64,000 nucleotides of DNA, taken from contig JAITVV010000043.1 of NCBI GenBank assembly GCA_031285625.1, positions 64,001-128,000 of the forward strand, read 5' to 3'. The first letter of the stretch is position 1, and each line of letters starts with the position of its first letter. The notes beneath the pieces were generated by a model that had not been told where the DNA came from, did no database searches, and was given only the letters and a program-made list of their open reading frames with translations. Positions 16,871 through 27,074 of this stretch are shown here, in pieces. A program made the translations under genes and the position numbers. The stretch comes from Prevotella sp. GTDB taxonomy: Bacteria > Bacteroidota > Bacteroidia > Bacteroidales > Dysgonomonadaceae.

Positions 16871-19699
16871 ATGAATAATTTAACCAGGTATACCTTCTTT
16901 CTATTATTTATCTCCTTACCTATTATATCAGTTTTTTCCAATAAGCCTCATGTTATCAATCTCCAAAAAGCAAGATATAAAGCTGATAATAAAAACTGGT
17001 CGATAGACCAGGATGAACGAGGGGTTATGTATTTTGGAAATGACATCGGATTGCTAGAATTTGATGGTATAGAGTGGAAATTAAACCGTATACCAAACTC
17101 TCTAACTGCCAGATCTGTGGCTGTGCAATCACATAATACGATCTTTACAGGTAGCTACGAAGAATTTGGCAGATGGGATCGGGATATTTCCGGAAAATTA
17201 ATTTATACATCATTAAGCGATCAATTAGATAAAGCCCTTTTCAAAAATGATGATTTCTGGAAAATATGGATTGCCGAAGATTGTGTTTATTTTCAGTCTT
17301 TTTCGTCAATATACATATATGATTTCGAAACAGTAAAACCTTTGCGTGCCGAAAAAGAGTTCCTCTTCTTATCTAAGGTCAGAGATGAGTTTTTGGTACA
17401 GCAAATGCTAGGACCTATTTATAGATTAAAAGGCTCAACTTTAACAAAAATCGAAGGAAGTGAAATTTTTCGTAATACTGACGTTCGTGTAATATTACCC
17501 TATTCCACAGATAAATATTTGATAGGCACATCAACAAATGGAATCTATATCTATGATGGAATATCATTCAACGAATGGAATCCTCAATTATCAGCTACAT
17601 TAAATTCGGCTGAGTTAAACTGTGGAATCAGAGCCAGTGACGGAACATATTTTTTGGGGACAATATTAAATGGCATTTATCAAGTTGACCAAAATGGTCA
17701 TATTAAAGATAACATATCTACTGAAAGCACTTTACAAAACAATACAATACTTTCACTTTACGAGGATGATCTTGGAAATATATGGGCAGCTTTGGACAAA
17801 GGAATTTCTTACATTCAATATATAGAAAATATAAGCTGCTATACAGATCAAAGAGGGAATACCGGAGCAGTGTACGGAGCTGCTCTTTGGAAAGATAAAT
17901 TATTCATAGGAACCAATCAAGGTGTTTTTAGCATAACTAAAGAAGACCTCAATAAACCTTATGCCCTATCAAGAATGAAACTGGTAAATGGTACACAAGG
18001 GCAGGTTTGGGCTCTCAAAGTTATTGGAGAAAAGTTATATTGTTGCCATAATAAAGGGTTGAAAGAGATACAGGCTAATGGGGCATCTGTAGATGTGTAC
18101 AACATAGGCACAGGTGTATATAATATATCCGAAGCTATTTACAAAGACAGGAGCCTGCTATTCTTGTCAACTTATCAATCCCTAAAGATCATAGATAGAG
18201 AAACAAAGAAAGTATTTGATCCGCGTCAGATATCCGAACCAATAATAAATGCTGACGTAGATCATCTGGGAAATATATGGTTAGAACATTTCAACAGAGG
18301 GATATATCGTTGTAAACTTGAAGATAACCTGTCAGGCTTTCAGACATTTTCATACTATGGGGGTAGTAATAAAGATAATCTGCCATATAAACTGAAGATG
18401 TTTAAAGTAGGCGGACGCATTGTGCTGTTGGGAAATAATAAATTCTTTACGTATGATGATATAGCCAATAAAATAATACCTAATACGCTATTAGACGAAT
18501 GTTTTAGGAATATTAAAAATCTAAAACAAGTAATCCATATTCAAAACAATATATTTTGGGCGCTTACCGATGCTTCGGTTTATAAATTTTCTTATGACGG
18601 ATACGAAGCAAACATTCTTGAGAGTTATAATTTAGGGATGAATCTATCATTAGTAAACACCTACGAGAACATATCAATATTAAATGATTCGACCAGCCTT
18701 ATTTGCCTTGATAATGGCTTCTTACTTTATCAGAAAGAGAAAAGCACTTCTAATAACTATCAGCACAAACTGCCGCTCCCCTACCTTGCATCATTGGAAA
18801 CGATGAGTACAAGTGGAGACGTCGAATATAAAGGTATATCTCAGGCTGCTCAGATACCATACGATTCCAATACTATATCATTTAGTTTTTCTGCAGAAAA
18901 CGCATTTGCTTCAAATTTCTCTTTTCAATATATGCTACAAAATGTAGATAATAACTGGTCGGCACCCGCAAAGATAAATGAAGTAACATATGCTCGTTTA
19001 CCTGAAGGTAAATATGTATTTATGATCCGCTCCGTTGATAATTTAGGAAATTACTCAGAAATCGTATCATATGAATTTGAGATATTGTCGCCATGGTATC
19101 AAACTATTGGGGCTTATATAGTATATATACTTATTTTTATAGCCATCATGTATGGAGTATGGTTACTAATACTTAGACGTTACCGTAATCTCCACCTACA
19201 AAAGATCAGACATCGTGAAACAAAACGTTTGAGAGCATTGACGGGTGAGCTTCAACAAGAAGTGGAACAGAAAAGTGCAGAACTACTCACTCAAACATCA
19301 TTCATTATACAAAAGAATGAATTGATCTTAAAAGTAAAAGATATTATTGATGAATTTTACTCCCGGAATAAGAGCAGTGCCCTAATACCACTATATCAAA
19401 AGATAAACGCACTTCTCAACAACAACCTTAATACTGAAGATGACTGGAAAACATTTTTATTAAAATTTGAAGAAAAACATACAGGGTTCTTTAAAAAAAT
19501 GAAAGCATTATATCCTCAGTTAACCAACAATGACCTCCGGCTATGTGCTTGCTTAAAATTAAATTTAGAAACGAAAGAGATAGCTTCGCTCATGAATTTA
19601 TCAATAAGAGCTGTTGAAAACAGTCGATATAGATTAAGAAAAAAGTTAAATTTACTACCTTCCCAAAATCTGAATGAGTTTTTTCTTGATATCGATTAA
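16871..19699 (+). CDS. Membrane-spanning PUL regulator: beta-propeller/Y_Y_Y sensor + TM + LuxR-type HTH
   Basis: Propeller repeats, YARLPEGKYVF Y_Y_Y domain, PWYQT-TM, C-terminal ETKEIASLMNLSIRAVENSRYRLRKKL; no kinase or receiver motifs. Confidence 0.88.
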   Translation: MNNLTRYTFFLLFISLPIISVFSNKPHVINLQKARYKADNKNWSIDQDERGVMYFGNDIGLLEFDGIEWKLNRIPNSLTARSVAVQSHNTIFTGSYEEFGRWDRDISGKLIYTSLSDQLDKALFKNDDFWKIWIAEDCVYFQSFSSIYIYDFETVKPLRAEKEFLFLSKVRDEFLVQQMLGPIYRLKGSTLTKIEGSEIFRNTDVRVILPYSTDKYLIGTSTNGIYIYDGISFNEWNPQLSATLNSAELNCGIRASDGTYFLGTILNGIYQVDQNGHIKDNISTESTLQNNTILSLYEDDLGNIWAALDKGISYIQYIENISCYTDQRGNTGAVYGAALWKDKLFIGTNQGVFSITKEDLNKPYALSRMKLVNGTQGQVWALKVIGEKLYCCHNKGLKEIQANGASVDVYNIGTGVYNISEAIYKDRSLLFLSTYQSLKIIDRETKKVFDPRQISEPIINADVDHLGNIWLEHFNRGIYRCKLEDNLSGFQTFSYYGGSNKDNLPYKLKMFKVGGRIVLLGNNKFFTYDDIANKIIPNTLLDECFRNIKNLKQVIHIQNNIFWALTDASVYKFSYDGYEANILESYNLGMNLSLVNTYENISILNDSTSLICLDNGFLLYQKEKSTSNNYQHKLPLPYLASLETMSTSGDVEYKGISQAAQIPYDSNTISFSFSAENAFASNFSFQYMLQNVDNNWSAPAKINEVTYARLPEGKYVFMIRSVDNLGNYSEIVSYEFEILSPWYQTIGAYIVYILIFIAIMYGVWLLILRRYRNLHLQKIRHRETKRLRALTGELQQEVEQKSAELLTQTSFIIQKNELILKVKDIIDEFYSRNKSSALIPLYQKINALLNNNLNTEDDWKTFLLKFEEKHTGFFKKMKALYPQLTNNDLRLCACLKLNLETKEIASLMNLSIRAVENSRYRLRKKLNLLPSQNLNEFFLDID

Positions 19700-19830
19700 C
19701 AAATATAAAACTTTATAAAACTGCATATTACATTAATTTAAGTGGTAAAAGTGAGGTGCGAGTATTGTTAAAAAACGGATGTAAGTGTTTACGATGTATT
19801 AACTTTTAAAAACACTTTATCTGCAATATC

Positions 19831-19838
19831 TACATTTG
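19831..19838 (+). promoter_or_regulatory. -7 promoter element of the beta-1,2-glucan susC
   Basis: TACATTTG about 160 nt upstream of the susC ATG. Confidence 0.55.
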
Positions 19839-19999
19839 ACAAAAATCTAATATCATACGCACAGAAAACGCCACGATTGTCAAAACCATCAGTTTATTGA
19901 AAAATACTTAAAATCCCTTTTTATAACAATCAGCCTTTTTCCTGTCGTTCATAGTAGATTTTTACTCGCAAAATGTGTGTTTAAATAAAAAGTAAGACT

Positions 20000-22900
20000 A
20001 TGAAAATTAAACCTAGAAATTCAAAGAATTCAATTTCTCTTTTCCGAAAGTATCTTGTGTTCTTCGCATGCTTCCTAGTATTGGGGACTGCAAGTGCTTA
20101 TGGACAGAGCAAGACAATTACCGGAACAGTCACAGACCAAGCCAATGAGCCTTTAATAGGCGTTAGTGTACGCATTCAGGGTACAACTACAGGTACCATT
20201 ACGGATATAGATGGTAGCTATTCCATCTCTGCTAATCCAAAAGATGTTTTGGAATTTTCATTTATTGGTATGAAAGCCCAGTTAATTACTGTAGGTTCAC
20301 AAAACTCAATAAATATTGTACTGGAAGATGATGCTACAATGTTGACAGAAACTGTGGTTATCGGTTATGGTACAGCTAAGAAACGTGACTTAACCGGATC
20401 TATAGCCAGTATCAAAGCCGACGATATAGCCAATCGCCCATCTGCCAATCCATTAGCTTCATTACAAGGAAAAGTAGCTGGTGTACAGGTAGTAAATACA
20501 GGTATTGCCGGTCAGGATCCTGAAATCCGTATTCGCGGTACGAACTCTATTAATGGATACAAACCATTATATGTTGTTGATGGACTATTTAATGATAATA
20601 TTAATTTCCTGAACTCTGCTGATATTGAATCAATGGAGATTTTAAAAGACCCGTCTTCTCTCGCAATCTTTGGTGTACGTGGAGCAAATGGTGTTATTAT
20701 CGTAACAACTAAGAAAGCAAAAGAAGGCCAGACTTTAGTTAATATCAACACATCATTCGGATTCAAATCCGTTGTTGATAAAATTAAGATGGCCAACGCA
20801 TCTCAATTTAAAGAACTTTATTCAGAACAATTGGAAAATCAGGGAGCAGCAGCTTTCGATTATACCAACTGGAATGCAGATACCAACTGGCAGGATGAGA
20901 TATTCCAAAGCGGTTTCATCACAAATAATAATATCAGTATTACATCTTCTACCGAAAAGAACAAATTCTACATGGGTGTAGGTTATACATCTGAGGAAGG
21001 TAATATCAAACATGAGGAATATAGTAAGATTACGATCAACTTGAGTAGCGATTATAGTATCACAAAAGACCTGAAAGTAGGTTTCCAGTTTAATGGAGCC
21101 CGTGCTACTCCTATCAATACTGAACAAGGACTGTATACTAATGGGTTGAAAAACGCACTATATGCTGCTCCTATTGCAACTCCATATAATGCACAGGAAG
21201 GATTATATAATACACTCCCTAGCTTCCAAAAAAATGAAGTATCAAATCCAATGAGTTTTGTTGAATTACAAAAAAACACAAATAAAGTGATTGATTACAG
21301 AGCTTCTGGTAATATCTATGGGGATTTAACTTTCTTCAAGAATTTCAACTTCCGTGTAATGTACTCACTGGATTACAGATCATATGACAGCAGATTATAC
21401 ACTCCTAAAAGAACTCTGTATGACGTAGACACACAACAATCTGTAGTAATGGGAGATGGTAAAACAGCAGTAGAACAACAAAAACAAAATGAAACGAAGG
21501 TTCAGGCTGACTACTTATTGACTTATACAAACAGCTTTAACAACCACAATATTACAGCAACTGCAGGTTTTACTACATATTACAACAGCTTATCCAGCGT
21601 TACAGCAAAACGTGGCGAAGGAAATGGTCTTCCTATAGCAAATGATCCGGACAAATGGTTTGTGAGCATCGGAGACCCGGATGCATCTACAACAGGTAGT
21701 ACTCAATGGGAACGTTCTACAGTATCATTCCTATTCAGAGCATTATACAACTATAAAAACAAATACCTTTTTAATGGTTCATTCCGTCGCGATGGATCAT
21801 CAGCATTCTTCTATACAGGAAATGAATGGCAAAATTTCTATTCTGTTGGAGCAGGTTGGGTAATGACAGAAGAAGACTTCATGAAAAATGTCACTTTCCT
21901 TGATTATTTGAAACTGAAAGGATCATGGGGAACTTTAGGTAATCAGAATATGAGTAGAGTATATCCTGCAGAACCAATTCTTACAAATACAACCTCTGCT
22001 GTATTTGGAGACAATATTATCCCGGGATATTCAAAACAATATCTTCCTAATGCAAACCTAAGATGGGAAAAAGTAGAAGCATGGGAGGCCGGTCTCGAAA
22101 CTTATTTCTTAAGAAACAGATTAAACTTTGAAGGAGTTTATTACAAGAAAAATACGAAAGACCTATTGGCAGAAGTACCAGGTATAACCGGAACTACTCC
22201 TGGATTGGGTAATCTTGGTGAAATAGAAAACAAAGGAGTTGAACTTTCCTTATCATGGAATGACAAAATCGGATCTGATTGGAGATACGGAGTAAGTGCA
22301 AACTTAACTACAATCAAAAATAAAGTAATATCACTGGTTCAGGATGGATATACAATTACAGATGGTACATCCGGTCTTCCAATGATGTCTTATACTCAGG
22401 CTGGTTACCCTATCGGATATTTCTACGGATACAAAGTTGATGGTATTTACCAATCAGATAACGATATTGCTAATTCTCCTGTAAACAAACTAACTACAGT
22501 ACAACCTGGAGATCTTAAATTTAAAGATGTAAATGGTGACGGAGAAATCACAACTGCAGATAGAACACAAATTGGTAATCCGACTCCGGATTTCACATAT
22601 GGAGTTTCGGTGAATGTTGGATACAAGAATTTCGATCTGTCTGTTGATATGATGGGTGTTCAAGGAAACGAAATATATCGTACATGGAATATTTATGAAT
22701 GGTCTCAGTTCAACTATCTTGAAAGCAGAATGGACAGATGGCATGGTGAAGGTACTTCGAATACCGAACCGATATTAAACAGAAAAAGAGCAATCAATGG
22801 AAAAGATTATCCATCAGAATATTTTGTAGAAGATGGTAGCTTCTTCCGTATCAGAAACATACAATTAGGATATACTTTTGGTGCAGACATGTTGAAAAAA

Positions 22901-23071
22901 CTAAGAATGAAATCCCTAAGAGTATATGTAAATGCTCAGAATCCTAAAACATGGAAAAACAATACAGGTTATACACCGGAAATCGGAGGATCTGCCACAG
23001 CATTTGGCATCGATTCTAATCCATATCCTATGCCTGCAGTTTATACATTTGGTTTAAATCTTACATTTTAA
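20000..23071 (+). CDS. SusC/RagA TonB-dependent transporter
   Basis: CarboxypepD-like N-terminus, VVIGYG, LKDPSSLAIFGVRGANGVIIVTTK plug, C-terminal GLNLTF. Confidence 0.95.
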   Translation: MKIKPRNSKNSISLFRKYLVFFACFLVLGTASAYGQSKTITGTVTDQANEPLIGVSVRIQGTTTGTITDIDGSYSISANPKDVLEFSFIGMKAQLITVGSQNSINIVLEDDATMLTETVVIGYGTAKKRDLTGSIASIKADDIANRPSANPLASLQGKVAGVQVVNTGIAGQDPEIRIRGTNSINGYKPLYVVDGLFNDNINFLNSADIESMEILKDPSSLAIFGVRGANGVIIVTTKKAKEGQTLVNINTSFGFKSVVDKIKMANASQFKELYSEQLENQGAAAFDYTNWNADTNWQDEIFQSGFITNNNISITSSTEKNKFYMGVGYTSEEGNIKHEEYSKITINLSSDYSITKDLKVGFQFNGARATPINTEQGLYTNGLKNALYAAPIATPYNAQEGLYNTLPSFQKNEVSNPMSFVELQKNTNKVIDYRASGNIYGDLTFFKNFNFRVMYSLDYRSYDSRLYTPKRTLYDVDTQQSVVMGDGKTAVEQQKQNETKVQADYLLTYTNSFNNHNITATAGFTTYYNSLSSVTAKRGEGNGLPIANDPDKWFVSIGDPDASTTGSTQWERSTVSFLFRALYNYKNKYLFNGSFRRDGSSAFFYTGNEWQNFYSVGAGWVMTEEDFMKNVTFLDYLKLKGSWGTLGNQNMSRVYPAEPILTNTTSAVFGDNIIPGYSKQYLPNANLRWEKVEAWEAGLETYFLRNRLNFEGVYYKKNTKDLLAEVPGITGTTPGLGNLGEIENKGVELSLSWNDKIGSDWRYGVSANLTTIKNKVISLVQDGYTITDGTSGLPMMSYTQAGYPIGYFYGYKVDGIYQSDNDIANSPVNKLTTVQPGDLKFKDVNGDGEITTADRTQIGNPTPDFTYGVSVNVGYKNFDLSVDMMGVQGNEIYRTWNIYEWSQFNYLESRMDRWHGEGTSNTEPILNRKRAINGKDYPSEYFVEDGSFFRIRNIQLGYTFGADMLKKLRMKSLRVYVNAQNPKTWKNNTGYTPEIGGSATAFGIDSNPYPMPAVYTFGLNLTF

Positions 23072-23084
23072 AGAATAAATTATT

Positions 23085-24605
23085 ATGAAACGAATTTTTA
23101 ATAAATATATATATGCTGCAATAATTGCTATTTTAGCAATATCAGTTGTCGGATGTAGCGATTTCTTGGACAAGAGTCCTCAGGGAAGTTTTACTGAGGA
23201 TGATGATACCAGCGGAGGTCTGGAAGCAAAAGTATTTGGTGTCTATTCAAAGATGAGAAGTTATAACATAACAGCCGGAATACCTGCTTTTGCAGTACAT
23301 ATGTTCCGTTCCGAAGACTCGGAGAAAGGAAGTACAGAAAATGACGGACCCGATAATGCTGCTTTCTGGGACAACTTCGAATATACTCCTTCAAATGGTA
23401 TATTAGGCACATACTGGAACCACAATTATTCAATTATACATGATTGTAATAATGTTATCGATACACTTCAAAAGATAAATAATAAAGACTTTGCTAGCCT
23501 GGAAGCAGAAGCTAAATTCTTTAGAGCATATTGCTATTTTAACTTAGTAAGAGCATGGGGCGATGTTCCTAAAATTGATTTCCCTATCAAAGATGCTTCT
23601 GAAGCAAATATACCAAAGAATACTGCTGCTGAGATCTATACACTGATTGATACTGACCTTACTTTTGCAGAAGCTAATCTGCCTCAATCTTGGGAAACAA
23701 AGTACGTAGGTCGTTTAACCTGGGGTGCTGCCAGATCTTTACATGCAAGAACATATATGATGCGTAACGACTGGGGGAATATGCTTGCTGCTTCTAAAGA
23801 AGTTATCAATTCAGGCATATATAATCTGAATACAGCAGTAGATCAGGTATTTACAGATGCAGGAGAAAACTGTGGAGAATCAATCTTTGAGCTACAATGT
23901 ACATCTACTGCAGCTAAACCGGGAAGCACAGATATCGGTAGTCAATTCTGTCAGGTACAAGGCGTCAGAGGTGCAGGTCAATGGAACCTCGGCTGGGGAT
24001 GGCACATGGCTACAAAAGAAGTAGCTAAAGCTTTTGAAGATGGTGACCCTCGAAAAGATGCAAGTCTGCTTTATTTTAGAAAACCGGGAGAAGAAATTAC
24101 ACCTGAAAACACAAATAAACCTTACGGAGAATCTCCTGTATCTGAAGCAATGGGTGCATACTTTAATAAGAAAGCATATACTAACCCCGCTATGAGAGCA
24201 AAATATTCAAGAGAAGGTTTCTGGGTAAATATTCGTATTATCCGCTATCCGGATGTTATTCTGATGGGTGCTGAAGCAGCTAACGAATTGGGAAATACTA
24301 CAGATGCATTAAAATATCTGGAAATGGTAAGAGCTCATGCAAGAGGAGCAAGCACCAGCATATTACCGGAAGTAACTACAACAGACCAAGTAGAATTGAG
24401 AAAAGCAATTCAACGTGAAAGAAGAGCGGAATTAGCTCTTGAACCGGATCGTTTCTATGATCTTGTACGTTGGGGTACAGCTAAAGAAGTATTACATGCT
24501 GTCGGTAAAACGAATTACCAGGATAAACATGCTCTTCTACCGGTTCCTCAGTCTGAAATAGATAAATCAAACGGTGTTTTGAAACAAAACCCGAATTATC
24601 AATAA
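23085..24605 (+). CDS. SusD/RagB lipoprotein
   Basis: GCSDFLD lipobox, EAKFFRAYCYFNLVRAWGDVP, ERRAELALEPDRFYDLVRWG, QNPNY. Confidence 0.95.
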   Translation: MKRIFNKYIYAAIIAILAISVVGCSDFLDKSPQGSFTEDDDTSGGLEAKVFGVYSKMRSYNITAGIPAFAVHMFRSEDSEKGSTENDGPDNAAFWDNFEYTPSNGILGTYWNHNYSIIHDCNNVIDTLQKINNKDFASLEAEAKFFRAYCYFNLVRAWGDVPKIDFPIKDASEANIPKNTAAEIYTLIDTDLTFAEANLPQSWETKYVGRLTWGAARSLHARTYMMRNDWGNMLAASKEVINSGIYNLNTAVDQVFTDAGENCGESIFELQCTSTAAKPGSTDIGSQFCQVQGVRGAGQWNLGWGWHMATKEVAKAFEDGDPRKDASLLYFRKPGEEITPENTNKPYGESPVSEAMGAYFNKKAYTNPAMRAKYSREGFWVNIRIIRYPDVILMGAEAANELGNTTDALKYLEMVRAHARGASTSILPEVTTTDQVELRKAIQRERRAELALEPDRFYDLVRWGTAKEVLHAVGKTNYQDKHALLPVPQSEIDKSNGVLKQNPNYQ

Positions 24606-24632
24606 GATTGTTTTTTGTTATCACATTATTAG

Positions 24633-24662
24633 TAGTAAGGGCTAGTTGTATAGCCCTTACTA
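24633..24662 (+). other. Stem-loop after susD (mRNA stabiliser or weak terminator)
   Basis: TAGTAAGGGCTA-gttgta-TAGCCCTTACTA with no clear U tail. Confidence 0.65.
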
Positions 24663-24710
24663 ATTTAAGGTAAAAGATTAGTTTAGGTATCACAGAAATA
24701 AAAGGTAAAA

Positions 24711-27008
24711 ATGAAAGTAAGGCAATTATTAATGGTCTTTCTGGCTTCTTTTGCGATTATTGGCAATGTATATGGTCAGAGTAAAGACCCGAAAATGGAC
24801 AAATTCATCAATGATTTGATGAATAAGATGACACTGGAAGAGAAAATCGGACAGCTTAATCTGCCTAGTTCAGGAGACATAACAACAGGACAGGCTAAAA
24901 GCAGCAATATTGCTGAGAAAATAAAGAAAGGACAAGTCGGAGGACTATTCAATATAAAAGGAGTAGAAAAGATTAAAGAAGTTCAACGTGTTGCTGTAGA
25001 AGAAAGTCGTCTAAAGATTCCATTGATCTTCGGTATGGATGTTATCCATGGATATGAAACAGTATTTCCTATTCCATTAGGATTGGCTGCAACATGGGAT
25101 ATGGCTGCAGTTGAGCAATCTGCACGTATTGCAGCAGTAGAAGCCAGTGCTGATGGTATCTGCTGGACATTTAGTCCGATGGTAGATATCTCCAGAGATC
25201 CTCGCTGGGGACGTTTCTCTGAAGGGAACGGAGAAGACCCTTTTCTTGGAGGAAAGATAGCTAAGGCAATGGTTCGTGGATATCAGGGTGTAGGTGATAA
25301 AATGTATGCTTCAAACTCTAACATTATGGCTTGTGTAAAACATTATGCCCTATATGGAGCAGGAGAAGCCGGACGCGACTATAATACTGTGGATATGAGC
25401 CGCATCCGTATGTTTAACGAATATATGTATCCATATCAGGCTGCAGTGGAAGCAGGAATTGGTAGCGTAATGGCTTCTTTTAATGAAGTAGACGGAGTAC
25501 CTGCAACTGCTAACAAATGGCTGATGACTGATGTTCTACGTAAACAATGGGGCTTCAATGGATTTGTTGTTACCGATTACACTGGTATCAGCGAAATGAT
25601 TGATCATGGTATAGGTGATCTACAAACAGTATCTGCCCGTGCATTAAAAGCAGGAATAGATATGGATATGGTAAGTGAAGGCCTTTCAACAGTCGGAAAA
25701 TCTTTACAAGAAGGAAAAGTAACACAGGCTGAAATAGATCAGGCATGTCGCCGTATTCTGGAAGCAAAATATAAACTGGGATTATTTACCGATCCATATA
25801 AATATTGCGATATCAATCGTGCAAAAACAGAAATCTTTACAAAAGAGCATCGCGATGTAGCTCGTAAGATAGCTTCTGAAAGTTTTGTATTATTAAAAAA
25901 TGCCAATAATACCCTGCCTCTTAAAAAAGGAGGAACTATTGCTGTAGTTGGCCCGTTGGCTAATACGCGTTCCAATATGCCGGGTACATGGAGTGTTGCT
26001 GTAGATCTAACAAAACCTGCAACTGTAGTGGAAGGAATCCAGGCTGTAGCAGGAAATAATGCAAAGATTGTATACGCAAAAGGTAGTCACCTGATAAGCA
26101 ATGCCAAATATGAAGAAAATGCAACCATGTTTGGACGCACTTTACATAGAGATCAGGAAAAACGTAGCGATGAAGAAATGCTGAGAGAAGCATTAGAAGT
26201 TTCTAAAAATGCAGATGTAATAGTTGCTGCACTTGGCGAATCATCAGAGATGAGCGGTGAAGCCAGTAGCCGTACAGAAATCGGTATACCTGATGTACAA
26301 CAAGAATTACTAAGAGAACTCCTAAAAACAGGAAAGCCTGTTGTGTTAGTATTATTCACTGGTCGTCCATTAACCTTAACATGGGAAAATCAGAATGTTC
26401 CTGCTATATTGAATGTTTGGTTTGGAGGTACAGAAGCCGCTCATGCTATAGGAGATGTATTATTTGGAGATGTGAATCCTAGTGGAAAACTAGTTGCTAC
26501 ATTTCCGCAGAATGTCGGACAAATTCCTTTATTCTATAACCATAAAAATACAGGTCGTCCATTAGGAGAAGGTAAGTGGTTTGAGAAATTTCGCAGTAAC
26601 TATCTGGATGTAAGTAATGATCCTCTCTATCCTTTTGGATATGGGCTAAGTTATACTACATTCAATTATAGTGATGTAAAATTAAGTTCAACTACAATAA
26701 ACAGTACAGGAGAATTAACTGCTACAGTAACCGTAACCAATACTGGCAAATACGATGGATATGAAGTTGTTCAGCTCTATATACGCGATCTTGTAGGTAG
26801 TGTAACGCGCCCTGTAAAAGAGCTAAAAGGTTTTGAAAAAATATTTATTAAAGCAGGTGAATCAAAGAATATTAGTTTTAAGATTACACCGGAATTGTTG
26901 AGATTCTACAATTACGACCTTGATTATGTTTATGAGAAAGGTGATTTTGATGTAATGATTGGAGGGAATAGTCATGATGTTAAATCAGCTCGATTCACAT
27001 TAAACTAA
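24711..27008 (+). CDS. bglX: GH3 beta-glucosidase, BglX-type
   Basis: MDVIHGY, RDPRWGR, ACVKHYALYG, VTDY nucleophile, YPFGYGLSYTTF, FnIII C-terminus. Confidence 0.9.
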   Translation: MKVRQLLMVFLASFAIIGNVYGQSKDPKMDKFINDLMNKMTLEEKIGQLNLPSSGDITTGQAKSSNIAEKIKKGQVGGLFNIKGVEKIKEVQRVAVEESRLKIPLIFGMDVIHGYETVFPIPLGLAATWDMAAVEQSARIAAVEASADGICWTFSPMVDISRDPRWGRFSEGNGEDPFLGGKIAKAMVRGYQGVGDKMYASNSNIMACVKHYALYGAGEAGRDYNTVDMSRIRMFNEYMYPYQAAVEAGIGSVMASFNEVDGVPATANKWLMTDVLRKQWGFNGFVVTDYTGISEMIDHGIGDLQTVSARALKAGIDMDMVSEGLSTVGKSLQEGKVTQAEIDQACRRILEAKYKLGLFTDPYKYCDINRAKTEIFTKEHRDVARKIASESFVLLKNANNTLPLKKGGTIAVVGPLANTRSNMPGTWSVAVDLTKPATVVEGIQAVAGNNAKIVYAKGSHLISNAKYEENATMFGRTLHRDQEKRSDEEMLREALEVSKNADVIVAALGESSEMSGEASSRTEIGIPDVQQELLRELLKTGKPVVLVLFTGRPLTLTWENQNVPAILNVWFGGTEAAHAIGDVLFGDVNPSGKLVATFPQNVGQIPLFYNHKNTGRPLGEGKWFEKFRSNYLDVSNDPLYPFGYGLSYTTFNYSDVKLSSTTINSTGELTATVTVTNTGKYDGYEVVQLYIRDLVGSVTRPVKELKGFEKIFIKAGESKNISFKITPELLRFYNYDLDYVYEKGDFDVMIGGNSHDVKSARFTLN

Positions 27009-27025
27009 ATGCTTTAAAAAACTGG

Positions 27026-27058
27026 AAAAGAGACTATCGATAGTCATAGTCTCTTTTT
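27026..27058 (+). terminator. Hairpin between GH3 and GH144
   Basis: AAAAGAGACTAT-cgatagtc-ATAGTCTCTTTT. Confidence 0.6.
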
Positions 27059-27074
27059 ACTAAAAAGAAAGGAT

